Shown: piece by piece, positions 43,853 through 53,960 of the stretch
Layout of the letters: every line of letters starts with the position of its first letter
How positions within the stretch are numbered: the first letter of the stretch is position 1
Virus record (IMG/VR): IMGVR_UViG_3300022562_002256
Location: 134,046-198,045 of that record
Reading direction: 5' to 3' (one strand)
Origin: a virus
Length of the DNA: 64,000 nt
Position numbers and translations under genes: made by a program
The notes under the pieces: generated by a model
Database searches by the model: none
The model's input: the letters and a program-made list of their open reading frames with translations, nothing else
What the model was told of the DNA's origin: nothing

Positions 43853-45406
43853 ATGGCACGCAGGCCCCGGAGGGTGGCAACCCCCGCCCCGACGGGCCAG
43901 CGTTCGGCGCCGCTCCCGACATCCCAAGTCGACCATCGGCCCGCAAGCACGATCGTCCTGGCCCCGGCGCCCTGGGTGGACCGCTACCCGACGATGCTCG
44001 GGTCGCAGATCACGGCCCAATACATCACGTCCGCGATCCGGATGTGCATGTCCGGCTACCGGCGCGAGTATGTCGACCTGCTTGATGAAATGTTGGTGGG
44101 TGAGCCGACGGCGTTCGCCTGCCTCACCCACCGGATCAACTCGGTGTCGAGCGCGCGGTTGATCATCACGCCGGCCAAACTACGTGTGGGGCATCCCGAC
44201 GCCGACCTGGCCAAAGAGATCGCCGACGACCTCGAGTGCCAGATCGATGGGATTCCGGAGTGGCAGAGCGCGCTAGGGCGGCTCTTGTGGGGCAACTACT
44301 ACGGCGTGAGCGCCACGGAGATACTGTGGGACCGAACCGCCGACGGCTGGACGGTCGTTGGGCTGGACCAGATCAATTCGCGGCGGCTGAGTTATCCCGA
44401 CTCGATGAGCTGGCAGCTCCGGATATGGGACCAGGCTGCAGGAGTGGTTGAGCCGGGGAACATGACCACGGGGATGTACGGCCTCGCCCCAGAGGAGTTC
44501 CCCAACAAGTTCATCATTTTTCAGTCCTCGGTTCGAGGCGACTACCCTACGCGTGAGGGGCTCGGTCTGCAGCTCCTCTACTGGTTTGGCCTCAAGGGCG
44601 TGGGCGCGCGCGGGTGGGGGCAATTCATCGAGCGATTTGGCAAACCGTGGGTGCATGGGAAATACTCCACGGCGGAACCAGACATTCCTAAGCGGGCGGC
44701 GACCCCCGAAGACATCCAAGCGCTCGATGCAGCGCTCGCGGCGCTCGGGTCGGGGTTCCTATCCTCAGCGGCGCTCCCCGACTCGGTTGACATCCAATTG
44801 GACGGTCCCGGGCTGACCAGCGCTGGATCGACGGGAACAGGGCACGAGGCGCTGGTCAAGTATGTCGACCAGATGATCGAGGAGGTCATCCTCACGCAGA
44901 GCGGCACGACGACGCAGGGACCGAACGGGTCGCGAGCGGGCAAGGAGACGATGAAGGAATCCACCAGGGAGACCTTCAGATTCGATGCGCGATGCCTTGC
45001 CGACGTGCTTCAAAAATACCTAATCAGCGCGCTCATGCGGCTTCGGTGGCCTGGGCTTATGCGGCTCGCACCCAAGATCGGGCTCCATGTCGAGAAGCAA
45101 GACCCCCTCGCGAACATCGAGCTCGCGGCGGAAGCAGCGAAGGCTGGGCTCCCGGTGGACGCTGACAAGGTTGCCGCGGAGAACGGCATCCCGCTGATCC
45201 AGGCGATCAAGGGTCATCCCCCCCGTCGAATGTACCCGGTCAAGCCCGTCGAACCGTATGACTTGCCCATCGTTAGGCCGCCGCAAGACAAGGCGCTCGC
45301 GGACGGGGGCGACACGGCGACTGAGGATGCCCCAGAAGGGGCTGCCGAGGGCGACGACCAACAACCCAACGATTCAAACAACTCAGCCGAGGACTCGGCA
45401 GAATAG
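43853..45406 (+). CDS. portal protein (DUF935 / Mu gp29-like)
   Basis: LWGNYYGVSATEILW, W..FIERFGKPWVHGKY, AL..LGS, ALPDSVDIQL, DARCLADVLQ..LI..L. Confidence 0.88.
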   Translation: MARRPRRVATPAPTGQRSAPLPTSQVDHRPASTIVLAPAPWVDRYPTMLGSQITAQYITSAIRMCMSGYRREYVDLLDEMLVGEPTAFACLTHRINSVSSARLIITPAKLRVGHPDADLAKEIADDLECQIDGIPEWQSALGRLLWGNYYGVSATEILWDRTADGWTVVGLDQINSRRLSYPDSMSWQLRIWDQAAGVVEPGNMTTGMYGLAPEEFPNKFIIFQSSVRGDYPTREGLGLQLLYWFGLKGVGARGWGQFIERFGKPWVHGKYSTAEPDIPKRAATPEDIQALDAALAALGSGFLSSAALPDSVDIQLDGPGLTSAGSTGTGHEALVKYVDQMIEEVILTQSGTTTQGPNGSRAGKETMKESTRETFRFDARCLADVLQKYLISALMRLRWPGLMRLAPKIGLHVEKQDPLANIELAAEAAKAGLPVDADKVAAENGIPLIQAIKGHPPRRMYPVKPVEPYDLPIVRPPQDKALADGGDTATEDAPEGAAEGDDQQPNDSNNSAEDSAE

Positions 45407-45414
45407 GACTCACT

Positions 45415-45906
45415 GTGGCACTCTTCCCCAGCGTCTCGTACCTGATGGACCGTCCTCGCGAGACGGTGACGAAGGAACTCCTTGGGCGAGTTCATGATGC
45501 TATCGCGATTGAAATGGCCGGCAAGACAGCCCACTGGTCGGCGCGCGGGCCGCTTCGCGAGCCGCTTCACAGCATCAGCGACCGAGTGGCAAAGATGGGC
45601 CGAACGCACGCCGAGAACTGGGCGGAGCGTGCCGCCGCCCTTGGCGCCACGCCGTCCGCAGGGGTGTCGATGTCGTCGCTGCCAGCGTACCCGGAGGGGC
45701 TGGTTCGGTGCGAGGACCACATCGAAGCGCTGCTGACCATGTTGCGGGCCTACCAAGAGAATCTGCTCCGCACGGTCAATGCGGCTGCAGCGGTCAACGA
45801 CGGTGTGACCGCGAACGATGTGCCGACCTACATGAAAGAGGTCGACGCGGTGGGGTGGGCGTTGCTGGCGCAGATGCCGCCAGCGCAGACCGGCACATCG
45901 ACGTAA
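45415..45906 (+). CDS. dps: Dps / ferritin-like protein
   Basis: KTAHWSARGP...LHSISD..., AENWAERAAALGATP match Dps ferroxidase-centre motifs (HW, HxxxD, ExxAER). Confidence 0.85.
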   Translation: MALFPSVSYLMDRPRETVTKELLGRVHDAIAIEMAGKTAHWSARGPLREPLHSISDRVAKMGRTHAENWAERAAALGATPSAGVSMSSLPAYPEGLVRCEDHIEALLTMLRAYQENLLRTVNAAAAVNDGVTANDVPTYMKEVDAVGWALLAQMPPAQTGTST

Positions 45907-45951
45907 CAATCTATCACGGGTGGCTACAACCCCGAAAGACTTGAGGAACAC

Positions 45952-47016
45952 ATGACAACGGTGGTGGTCATCGATCGGCAGCAGATCGGCTACAACGTTC
46001 AGGAAATCGGCAATAAACTGTCCGAGTTGTCCGAGCAGGTGAGTGCGGACCTGGCGGCGCTCGAAGGCGCGGGTGGCGGTCTGGACTGGAAAACCAGCGT
46101 GGTGCTCGCAACGGGCGCGCCGCTCCCGGCAAACACGCGGACGGACAACGTGCTTCTCGCCGACGCGGACGGGTTTCTTGGGTCCATCGATGGCGTGGAC
46201 ACGGGCACGCTGACCCCTCCCTTCCGGGTGTTGGTGAAGGACGAGGTGGCGGGCGAGAACAACGGCATCTTTCTCGTCACGTCCGTTGGCGGGCTCGCCG
46301 CTAAGTGGACGGCGACGCGCACGACTGACGCCGACACGAGCGACGAGGTGACCACCGGGATGCAAGTCCCGGTCGAGACCGGCACGGAAAACGGCGGTCT
46401 CATCTTCCGTCTCGCGACCGCCGCCCCGATCACGCTGAACACCACACCGCTGTCGTTCGTCGATGCGCGCGGGCTGGCGACGACAGCGCCGGCGGACGTC
46501 ACGAAGGCCGCCGCCGAGGTGGGGACATCGACCGAGGTGGCGCGGGCCGACCACAAGCATGACGTCTCGACGGCAGCGCCGGGGGCGGTGGCGATCGGCG
46601 ACGCGGCAGCCGAGGGTGTGGCCACGTCGCTGGCGCGCTCTGACCACACCCACTCAGTCGCGGGGGCGGTCGCGGTCGATGTGGCGCTGGCCAACGCAGA
46701 AGGTGTTGCGACCACGGTCGCCCGGAGCGACCACGCGCACAACAGCCTGAACCAGCGCTTCCAACTCACGCTGGTGGCTGGCACGGCAACCAAGGCGGCG
46801 GGGGTTACGGTCACTGCCAATACGCGGGCGACGGTCACGCTGGTCACTCCAGGCGCAGGAGTGTCGGGGACGCGGTATGCGGTGGCGTACAGCATCGGTG
46901 CCCCGGGTGCTGGCTCGATCACTGTCACGGCGAAAGACAGCGCGGCCGGCGACAACACGGTGATCACCGACGTTTCGGTGCTCGACGTGGTGTGCGTCGA
47001 GGCAGCCGCGGTCTGA
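45952..47016 (+). CDS. head fibre/decoration protein with HxH fibre repeats
   Basis: VLVKDE..GENNGIF.V...W...RTTDAD...EV..G..V.VE.GT.N domain; three ARxDHxH repeats. Confidence 0.7.
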   Translation: MTTVVVIDRQQIGYNVQEIGNKLSELSEQVSADLAALEGAGGGLDWKTSVVLATGAPLPANTRTDNVLLADADGFLGSIDGVDTGTLTPPFRVLVKDEVAGENNGIFLVTSVGGLAAKWTATRTTDADTSDEVTTGMQVPVETGTENGGLIFRLATAAPITLNTTPLSFVDARGLATTAPADVTKAAAEVGTSTEVARADHKHDVSTAAPGAVAIGDAAAEGVATSLARSDHTHSVAGAVAVDVALANAEGVATTVARSDHAHNSLNQRFQLTLVAGTATKAAGVTVTANTRATVTLVTPGAGVSGTRYAVAYSIGAPGAGSITVTAKDSAAGDNTVITDVSVLDVVCVEAAAV

Positions 47017-47029
47017 AAGGTCGGTTAAC

Positions 47030-49111
47030 ATGACCACCAACCAAGTCCTGTTGGACCTCGGACCGGGGGACGTCCACATGCCCCAGCCGCTCGGCGTTGT
47101 GGCTCCCCCGCCCCCGAAAGCGGGTGGACGTCGTACGCTGAAGCCGCTCACCACGGAGGAGCGGAACGCGCTCCCCGACTCAGCCTTTGCGCTGCCGAAA
47201 GAGCGGCGGTATCCGATCCACGATGCGGCCCACGCGAAAAACGCGATGGCGCGGCTCGAACAACAAAAGAGCCGGATGTCGGGGACAACGTACGCGAGAG
47301 CGCGTGCAAACATTTTGAAGGCGTACAAGAGGTTTGGGATCAACCCGCCGGCCGAGTCAAAGAAGACCAGCGCGCTCATCCGAACGGCGGGGTTGTCGAT
47401 CCATGTTCAGCACCGCCTTGCGGCGGAAGGGGCCACCGGCGTGGTCGGTCAGAAAGGGGCCCAGGAGCCCACGCAACTGCTCCGGGCGGTTGAGGTGTCA
47501 TCGAGGACCATCGGCGATGTTCTGGGGGCGACCGAGGCCGCTGCCGGTGCGGCTGGGGGCGATGCGTCCGTGCCTGTCTGGAACCAGATCGCGAAGCTCG
47601 GGCAATGGGCGGGGCACCCGAGTGGGCCATTCCAGATCACGCGCAAAGATGTCGCGGACATGGTGCGAAACTTCCGCGCGTCGCAGAACCGTCGCGTTGC
47701 GATTGACTTTGAGCACGCGAGCGAGGCCGACCCCACGAAGGGGTCGATCCCGACGGAAGGCGCTCCGGCGCAAGGGTGGATCATCGACCTGCAGGATCGC
47801 GGTGCGGACGGGTTGTGGGGGTTGGTGCAGTGGCTTGAGCCGGCGCGCAGCTATATTCGCGAAGGGAAGTACCGCTACTTCTCCCCGGCGATCCGATTCA
47901 AGTCGAAAGAGCGCGAGTCGGGGGATGACGCGGGCGCTCGCCTGACGTCGGGCGCCCTGACCAACAACCCCTTCCTGGATGGGATGATGCCCATGGCCGC
48001 AAAAGACACTGGGGCGGGGCCGGCCGCTCAGGGGAGTGGCGGTGCCAAGCCGGGGTCGACGGAGTGGTCGACAGGTCCGGATGGCACGCTTGTGACGCTG
48101 ACCTACGCTCACACGCCGGACGAATACATGCCGCGGATGCGGGCGGTGCTCAAACTCGAGCCGACGGCGACCGCAGCCGAGTGCATGGCGGTGGTGAAGC
48201 GGCTTCAGGAGTACTTTGACATCGCTGGCCAAATGGTGTGCGTGTGCCAGGGCGTTGACCTGGGGGCGTACATGCCGGCGATGCGCGAGATGGTGGCGGC
48301 GCCGCTCGGGTGCACGTGGGAGCATGTGTTCGAGGTGTTCGAGCAACTGCTCGAGTGCCTCATCGGTGACCAGGACGACGACTATGACGAGGAGGCCGCG
48401 CCGTCCTCGCGAGGAATGAGGGATACGATGACCACTGTGACCACTGAAAAGATCGAGGAAATCACGCTCCGTGCGGGGGCGGCGGAGGCGAAACTCAAGG
48501 ACGCCGAGGAGAAGGCCACGGCGTTGACGGCGCGGCTCCAGGAGGCTGAGAGCACGATGACGGCGCTCCGGGCGTCGGAGGCAAGCACCACGGCGAAGGC
48601 CACGGCATTGGAGGGGAAAGTCGCTGAACTCACGCTTCAGCTCAATGACAAGACCGGCAAACTGTCGACGCTCGAGACGGAAATCGCAGGGTTCCGCGAG
48701 GCCGAAAAAACCCGCCTTGTGGCCGAGCGGGGGGCGCGGGTGGATGCCACGCTCGCGACCTACGGTGAAAGCCGTAGCCTCAAGCCGGCCGATCGCGATA
48801 CGCTGCTGACCCTGCTGACGGTGGACCCGGCCGGGTATGAGCGGATGTACCCGTCCGTCCCACCGGGGCAGGCGCACTTGCTCACCAATCTCAACCGCCA
48901 GGCCGGCGGCACAGGCTCGGGGAGCGCGGGCCCCGGGAGTCTCGCCCCCCCCGAGATGACCGATGGCGTGCAACTGGCTGCTCCGGGCGACACCGCGTTT
49001 GCGCTGTCGCAGAGGCTCCGCAAGGAGAGAGGGCTGGATCTGGCCGACGCGGCGGTGCTGGCCAGCAGGATGATTCTGGCGCGCGACGCACGTGCGCGGG
49101 GTGGCCGCTAA
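47030..49111 (+). CDS. Mu-like prohead protease with N-terminal DUF6582-like domain and C-terminal scaffold
   Basis: IDFEHAS, APAQGWI..L, GLWG.V.W...A..YI..G.YRYFSPA, ALTNNPFLDGM; LPDSAFALPKERRYPIHD..HA.NA; coiled-coil tail. Confidence 0.88.
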   Translation: MTTNQVLLDLGPGDVHMPQPLGVVAPPPPKAGGRRTLKPLTTEERNALPDSAFALPKERRYPIHDAAHAKNAMARLEQQKSRMSGTTYARARANILKAYKRFGINPPAESKKTSALIRTAGLSIHVQHRLAAEGATGVVGQKGAQEPTQLLRAVEVSSRTIGDVLGATEAAAGAAGGDASVPVWNQIAKLGQWAGHPSGPFQITRKDVADMVRNFRASQNRRVAIDFEHASEADPTKGSIPTEGAPAQGWIIDLQDRGADGLWGLVQWLEPARSYIREGKYRYFSPAIRFKSKERESGDDAGARLTSGALTNNPFLDGMMPMAAKDTGAGPAAQGSGGAKPGSTEWSTGPDGTLVTLTYAHTPDEYMPRMRAVLKLEPTATAAECMAVVKRLQEYFDIAGQMVCVCQGVDLGAYMPAMREMVAAPLGCTWEHVFEVFEQLLECLIGDQDDDYDEEAAPSSRGMRDTMTTVTTEKIEEITLRAGAAEAKLKDAEEKATALTARLQEAESTMTALRASEASTTAKATALEGKVAELTLQLNDKTGKLSTLETEIAGFREAEKTRLVAERGARVDATLATYGESRSLKPADRDTLLTLLTVDPAGYERMYPSVPPGQAHLLTNLNRQAGGTGSGSAGPGSLAPPEMTDGVQLAAPGDTAFALSQRLRKERGLDLADAAVLASRMILARDARARGGR

Positions 49112-49160
49112 CCATTTGACGGTGCGCTGACGTCACGGCGCACAGAAACCAGAGGAACCG

Positions 49161-49607
49161 ATGGCTTACGAGCAGGACGGCGGCTACCAGATTTCTGGTG
49201 GCGATCTGCCGTGTGGAAATTACACCGCGGCGGACATCCCCGCCGGCCGTATTGTGCTTTTGGATACGGCGAACACTATCGACACCGCGGGGAAACCGAG
49301 GGGTGTGGTTCTCCCGAGCGCCGGTGGCGGCGTGGTCGGGACGTTTGGCATCACCTCGACGAGGCATCCCGCCATCTCGACGGCGGGCTATCCGGGCCAG
49401 GGGCTTGTGCGCGTTGTGGGCTCGTACCCGGTGATTGCGGATGGCGCGATCACGGTCGGTGACTACGTGCAGGCGTCGGACACGGTCGGAAAATTGGGGT
49501 ACGCGAAGCTCTGTGCAGCGGCCACTGAGCAAGTCGGGCAGGCCATGAACACGGTTGCCGACGGGCAGGTCTGCCACGTTTTGATCTGCAAGGCGCGTAA
49601 CGCGTAA
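49161..49607 (+). CDS. capsid cement/decoration protein (DUF2190-like)
   Basis: ADGAITVGDYVQASD.GK, VG.A...A.DGQV..VLI; lies between protease and capsid genes. Confidence 0.75.
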   Translation: MAYEQDGGYQISGGDLPCGNYTAADIPAGRIVLLDTANTIDTAGKPRGVVLPSAGGGVVGTFGITSTRHPAISTAGYPGQGLVRVVGSYPVIADGAITVGDYVQASDTVGKLGYAKLCAAATEQVGQAMNTVADGQVCHVLICKARNA

Positions 49608-49640
49608 CATCTGCGTGGGCGCAGGGAAAGAGACAAGAAA

Positions 49641-50759
49641 ATGACTACGGTAGAAAGGCTTGCCCCAGGCGACTTTGTGCAGGTCGACCTGGCAAACAAC
49701 GTCGTGAGGATGCGCGACGTTGGTACGGGGCAGATCATCACCCTGGACCTCGGGCCAGCGGACGTGCACTTCGAGCGTCCGTTGGCGACCTACGCGGCTG
49801 GGTATGCGCTCGACCGCGAAAACCTGATCGCCGATCAGGTGTCGCCGGTTGTGCTCACACCGTCGGCCTCGGACTACTTCTACAAGTGGTCGAAGGACGA
49901 CGTGTTCAAGCGCGTCAAGAGCGCGGTCGCCGTGCCTGGTGGCAACGTGACGGAGGTCTCACCGCAGCAGTCGACCGTGCCGTTCCGCACCGTGCAGCGT
50001 GCGGTGCGGACCAGCCTGCCGAGTGAGGTCCAGGCCAACGCCGACCCGGCCGTTGTGCTCGGGCGTCGCGTGTTGGACATGCCGCTCGACAAGCTCCTGC
50101 TCGAGCGCGAGTTGCTGGTGGCCGAAAAGGTCACCGACCCGGCGAACTACACCGCACCGTACAAGCGCACGCTGGCGATCGACGAGCGGTGGAATGGCGG
50201 GTCGAAGTCCAACCCGGTCGAGAACCTCTTGGAGCGGGTTGAAGCGTCGCTGGTGCCCATCACGGGCATTGCGATGAGCCTGCGCACCTACAACGCGTTC
50301 AGCACGAACGCCCAGGTGCAAAAGTTCGTCGCGTCCAAGACGGCGCTTAAACCCCGGTTTGGTGCCATCGACGCGAACGACTTCGCGGCGTTCCTCAACC
50401 TGCCTCCGTTCATCATCGGGGCGCAGAAGTACATGGGCCCGTCGGGCGTGATGGACTGGGTGTGGGGCAATAACGTGGTGCTTTTCACGAAGCCCAAGAG
50501 CATGCCGCCGATGGGCACGCCCATCTCCTTCAACACGTTCCGCTACACCGGCGGTATCGCGTCTGGGGTCAATGCGCAACAGGCCGCAAACTTCGGCTCG
50601 GTCTCAATCGAGAACGGCTGGGGTGTGCGGACCTACTACGACCCCAACCGAGGGCCGCAGGGCTCCAAGGTGTGTGTGGCGTTCGTGCAGGACGACGAGT
50701 TCTTCGTCGAAGAGGCGGTTTCTGGCCTCATCGAAGGCGCCTGGCAGACCCCGCCCTGA
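49641..50759 (+). CDS. major capsid protein
   Basis: DVH.ERPL...A.GY....LIADQVSP.V, YFY.W, RW.....NP, WGNNVVLF; position in head module. Confidence 0.85.
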   Translation: MTTVERLAPGDFVQVDLANNVVRMRDVGTGQIITLDLGPADVHFERPLATYAAGYALDRENLIADQVSPVVLTPSASDYFYKWSKDDVFKRVKSAVAVPGGNVTEVSPQQSTVPFRTVQRAVRTSLPSEVQANADPAVVLGRRVLDMPLDKLLLERELLVAEKVTDPANYTAPYKRTLAIDERWNGGSKSNPVENLLERVEASLVPITGIAMSLRTYNAFSTNAQVQKFVASKTALKPRFGAIDANDFAAFLNLPPFIIGAQKYMGPSGVMDWVWGNNVVLFTKPKSMPPMGTPISFNTFRYTGGIASGVNAQQAANFGSVSIENGWGVRTYYDPNRGPQGSKVCVAFVQDDEFFVEEAVSGLIEGAWQTPP

Positions 50760-50808
50760 GCAGTGAGCCTGGGTTGAGTTTTCGTGTGCGGGCGAGCGGG
50801 TTAGAGCC

Positions 50809-51258
50809 ATGGGACAGTACATCTCGGTCGCTGACCTGCTCGCCGCGCTGGGGGAGACGGTGCTCAACGCCACGGCGGACGATGACAACGATGGCACGCC
50901 GGACCCGGCCGTGCTCGCGTTGGTCATCGAGGAGGCCGAGGCGGAGGTAGACTCGTATCTCTACGGGTTTTTCACCTTGCCGTTGATGGAGCCGACGGAC
51001 CCGCTGGTTCGTCTCGCCTCGCTTGACTTCGCGGTGGCGTTCCTGATGGAGCGCCACCCGGAGTACGTGCGGGACCGTGACGCACAGTACGGGAAAGACC
51101 GCTACGCCAGGGCCAAGGAACGGATCTTGCGTGTGCAGCAGGCTCGGCAGCGCCTCCCTCGCGAGGAGACCAAACAGACGCCGAAGAACGTGGGGGGCAT
51201 CGTCATCGACGGTGGCACGAAGTTCTTCGGCGGCGTCGGCGAGGGGTGGGGGTGGTGA
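50809..51258 (+). CDS. head-tail adaptor (DUF1320 / Mu gp36-like)
   Basis: YISVADL....GE..L....DDD.DG..D..V....IEEAEAEVDSYL, L.RL..D.A...L, RY..A...L..V. Confidence 0.85.
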   Translation: MGQYISVADLLAALGETVLNATADDDNDGTPDPAVLALVIEEAEAEVDSYLYGFFTLPLMEPTDPLVRLASLDFAVAFLMERHPEYVRDRDAQYGKDRYARAKERILRVQQARQRLPREETKQTPKNVGGIVIDGGTKFFGGVGEGWGW

Positions 51259-51286
51259 TGTCGGCTCCGGTGGTTACGATGCAGGC

Positions 51287-51634
51287 ATGACCAAACCGCG
51301 CCCGGCGGGCTTTGCGCTGACCCTCGGTGAGGATGCGAGGGCGCTTGCATTCGAGCGTGCTCTGGAGTACTTGCGCGCACAGGGCGTTGACACGGACGCG
51401 TTAAGGGCGCAAGTCCGCGAGGTCTCCGAACCCGTGGATGACGACGTGCAGGCCGGGTCGCTCGGCCTGACCACCGACGAAGTCCTGCAACGCTACGATG
51501 CGGCGAGGGCGTGGCTGGCATCCAAGCCGGAATGGTGGCGGGAAGCGTACGACGAGGCGTACCGCCGCGACAAGGGTGCGGTGCGCGAAGAACGGCGCGC
51601 ACGCGTGGGTTTAGGTTGCGGTCATGCCAAATGA
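51287..51634 (+). CDS. hypothetical protein
   Basis: ORF after a TACGAT -10-like element. Confidence 0.55.
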   Translation: MTKPRPAGFALTLGEDARALAFERALEYLRAQGVDTDALRAQVREVSEPVDDDVQAGSLGLTTDEVLQRYDAARAWLASKPEWWREAYDEAYRRDKGAVREERRARVGLGCGHAK

Positions 51635-51866
51635 CTCCATGGCGGTTACCGACAGGGTGTTGCTTTGCGCGTGCCTACGCACTGCCATAGGGCGCGTCCA
51701 ATGCGGCGTGCGATGCTTGCTACCTACGGGCAGGTGGGGTGTGGTGATGGGGTTCTACACGCTTTTGCGTGGGAATTTTGTGACAGTGTGTGATCCCGTG
51801 AAAGGGTACGTGATCCTAGACGCCGCGCAGCAAGCGCAGATTATGCCCGTCATTGGGTCGGCGTGA
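51624..51866 (+). CDS. hypothetical protein
   Basis: overlaps upstream stop. Confidence 0.4.
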   Translation: MPNDSMAVTDRVLLCACLRTAIGRVQCGVRCLLPTGRWGVVMGFYTLLRGNFVTVCDPVKGYVILDAAQQAQIMPVIGSA

Positions 51867-51878
51867 GGCACTCCAACC

Positions 51879-52994
51879 ATGGCTGACCAATTCGGCGCGC
51901 TCCCTCTGCCGGTGCCGGTCCCGGCCGCGCGAGACGACCTCGTCCCACCGATCCCGGCGGCTCGCACCTCGCTCGGCGACCCGTGCCTCGATACGCTGTT
52001 GTCGTACATCGCGGCGGTGCTGGAGTACCTCCTAACGTCGGCATGGGCAACCCGCGCGCCCGGCTCGCAGATCAACCGGGCGGCGCGCTTCCTGAGCACG
52101 AACGACCCCCGCGAGGGGAACCTGTCGGACAACCAGGTGCCGGGGCTGTTTCTCTTTCGCTCGAAGGGGCAGACATCCTCGAAGTACGCGGCGGACCTAC
52201 CATCGACCGAAGAGGTGCTGATCCTTGATTGGGTGCTCCCCGCGGACGCTCAGTTCAAGGACAAGGCCCGTGGCAACATAATCAACGCGATCACCAAGGC
52301 GTTGGTTCTTGCAATCGAGCACGGGGTGCATCCCGCCTGGGTGGTCGCGGCGGACCTCGCTCAACCCACGGCGGTGAGGCTTGATGCAGCGACGCCGGTA
52401 GCTCCGACGGTATACAGCGACGCCGACCTCGATGGCGCGATTGGCGGTGGCACGGTCTACGCGGCGCGTCCCGTGACGGTGACGACCGCCCCGCGCGCGG
52501 TGCCGACGTACAACACCACCGACCCGATTGTAGTAACGGGGACATTGCCCACGGGGCAGGGGTGGACCGACACGCTCTACCTGACGGACCCGCTCGGTGG
52601 CGAGACCGTTGCCACGGGCTGGAACTTTGCGAGCGCGCAGAGCGTTGCGGCTCCTGCGCAGCTCTTGGCGTCAGGGTCATGGTCGTTTGGGTTTGCGGAT
52701 AGCCCAGAGAAGCCCTACGGATCGCCGGTGCGGCGCTACGCCGGGTTGCTTTACTCGCGGTGCGGTGTGGGGGAGCGGACCACGCTCAAAGTCACGCGAG
52801 GAAGTGGGCGGGACGCCGCCTCGACGCTGGAATACCAGATGTTTGAGTTCGAGATATACGTCCACGAAATCTACCGCGTCGATCAGTCGGTCTTGCCGAC
52901 GTGGGCCGACGCCGCCGAGGGGATCGGTATCAGGATTCAGGAGACTGTCGCCGGGACGCCGGAGATCTACCAGACGGCGGACCTCGACGCGTAG
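51879..52994 (+). CDS. probable tail completion/terminator-like protein with inserted beta domain
   Basis: position before sheath; P.LFLFR and L.L.WV blocks; T/P-rich insertion; inference only. Confidence 0.45.
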   Translation: MADQFGALPLPVPVPAARDDLVPPIPAARTSLGDPCLDTLLSYIAAVLEYLLTSAWATRAPGSQINRAARFLSTNDPREGNLSDNQVPGLFLFRSKGQTSSKYAADLPSTEEVLILDWVLPADAQFKDKARGNIINAITKALVLAIEHGVHPAWVVAADLAQPTAVRLDAATPVAPTVYSDADLDGAIGGGTVYAARPVTVTTAPRAVPTYNTTDPIVVTGTLPTGQGWTDTLYLTDPLGGETVATGWNFASAQSVAAPAQLLASGSWSFGFADSPEKPYGSPVRRYAGLLYSRCGVGERTTLKVTRGSGRDAASTLEYQMFEFEIYVHEIYRVDQSVLPTWADAAEGIGIRIQETVAGTPEIYQTADLDA

Positions 52995-53002
52995 GGTGCT
53001 CG

Positions 53003-53212
53003 ATGATGGCTGACTGCGAGGCGATACGCGAGCAGCTCTTGAGAAGCCGCTCGCCCGAGGAGTTTGCGGAGGACGCGGGGCTGTCGGACGATGTGATCGA
53101 CCGCGCCTTGGAGGAAGGCCGTCGAGCCGCTGCCCAGGTGACGGCGGCGCATCCGGGCTTGCCGTGGTTCGGGGCGGTCGCCGGGCCCGTCACGCTGGAG
53201 GTGAGGCAGTGA
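53003..53212 (+). CDS. hypothetical protein
   Basis: 69-aa ORF. Confidence 0.4.
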   Translation: MMADCEAIREQLLRSRSPEEFAEDAGLSDDVIDRALEEGRRAAAQVTAAHPGLPWFGAVAGPVTLEVRQ

Positions 53213-53600
53213 CGGACCTCAGCGTCAGAACGGCGGTGGCAACCTTGCCGTCGTAGTCGAAGGACAGGTCGGGCGGCTGCGCGAACCGGAAGTCGTGTGT
53301 CATCCCGTCGATGGTGATGCACGAGCGGCACAACATCTCGCTGCCCCGCACCTCTGCCTGCACGACACGGCCGTTGGTGGCTGGATCATCCTCGCATGTC
53401 ACCTGCATCCCTACGGGCGGCAGCAGCGATGTGAGGTCGGCTGGCGGTGGCGGTGAATCCGGGGCCGTAAGCCTCTTGAGGTCTTCCTCAAGGACGTTCA
53501 TCCCAGCGATGTCTACGGCCCACGCCTCGATCGTCGTCGGCGTGACCTCGGCGTCACCGCCCCGCATCCCCGCTTCGAATAGCCTCACCCAACTTTTCAC
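53190..53600 (-). CDS. hypothetical protein (moron, opposite strand)
   Basis: GTGA coupling to upstream ORF. Confidence 0.55.
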   Translation of the reverse strand: MKSWVRLFEAGMRGGDAEVTPTTIEAWAVDIAGMNVLEEDLKRLTAPDSPPPPADLTSLLPPVGMQVTCEDDPATNGRVVQAEVRGSEMLCRSCITIDGMTHDFRFAQPPDLSFDYDGKVATAVLTLRSVTASPPA

Positions 53601-53905
53601 GTCGACACCGCCGCGCCTTCCTTGGCCCCCTGCTCCTCAAGCAGCTCGGTGAGGCGGATGAGCCGATCGGCCAAGGCTTGATAGTCCGGGAACGGAGTTC
53701 CAGGCTCGCGCCACGCCGTCCGGAGCGAGACGCCGAAGCTACACGCCCCCATGTCGGTCCACACTCCGATCATGACGTAAGCCTCGTCGACCGACGCGAT
53801 CATTCCCCGCCCCACCATCTCCTCGGCGATGTCCACCGGGAGACGGCCTTGGATCCCGCTGACCGACATTTGATCCCATAAATACTTTGCGGACTCGATG
53901 TCCAT
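53597..53905 (-). CDS. hypothetical protein (moron, opposite strand)
   Basis: GGAGG RBS; Y..GVSLRT.W-like motif. Confidence 0.6.
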   Translation of the reverse strand: MDIESAKYLWDQMSVSGIQGRLPVDIAEEMVGRGMIASVDEAYVMIGVWTDMGACSFGVSLRTAWREPGTPFPDYQALADRLIRLTELLEEQGAKEGAAVST

Positions 53906-53960
53906 GTCCGAAACCTCCGTCCGGCAACCATAACCACTCCCCGGGAGCGAGCCACAGACC

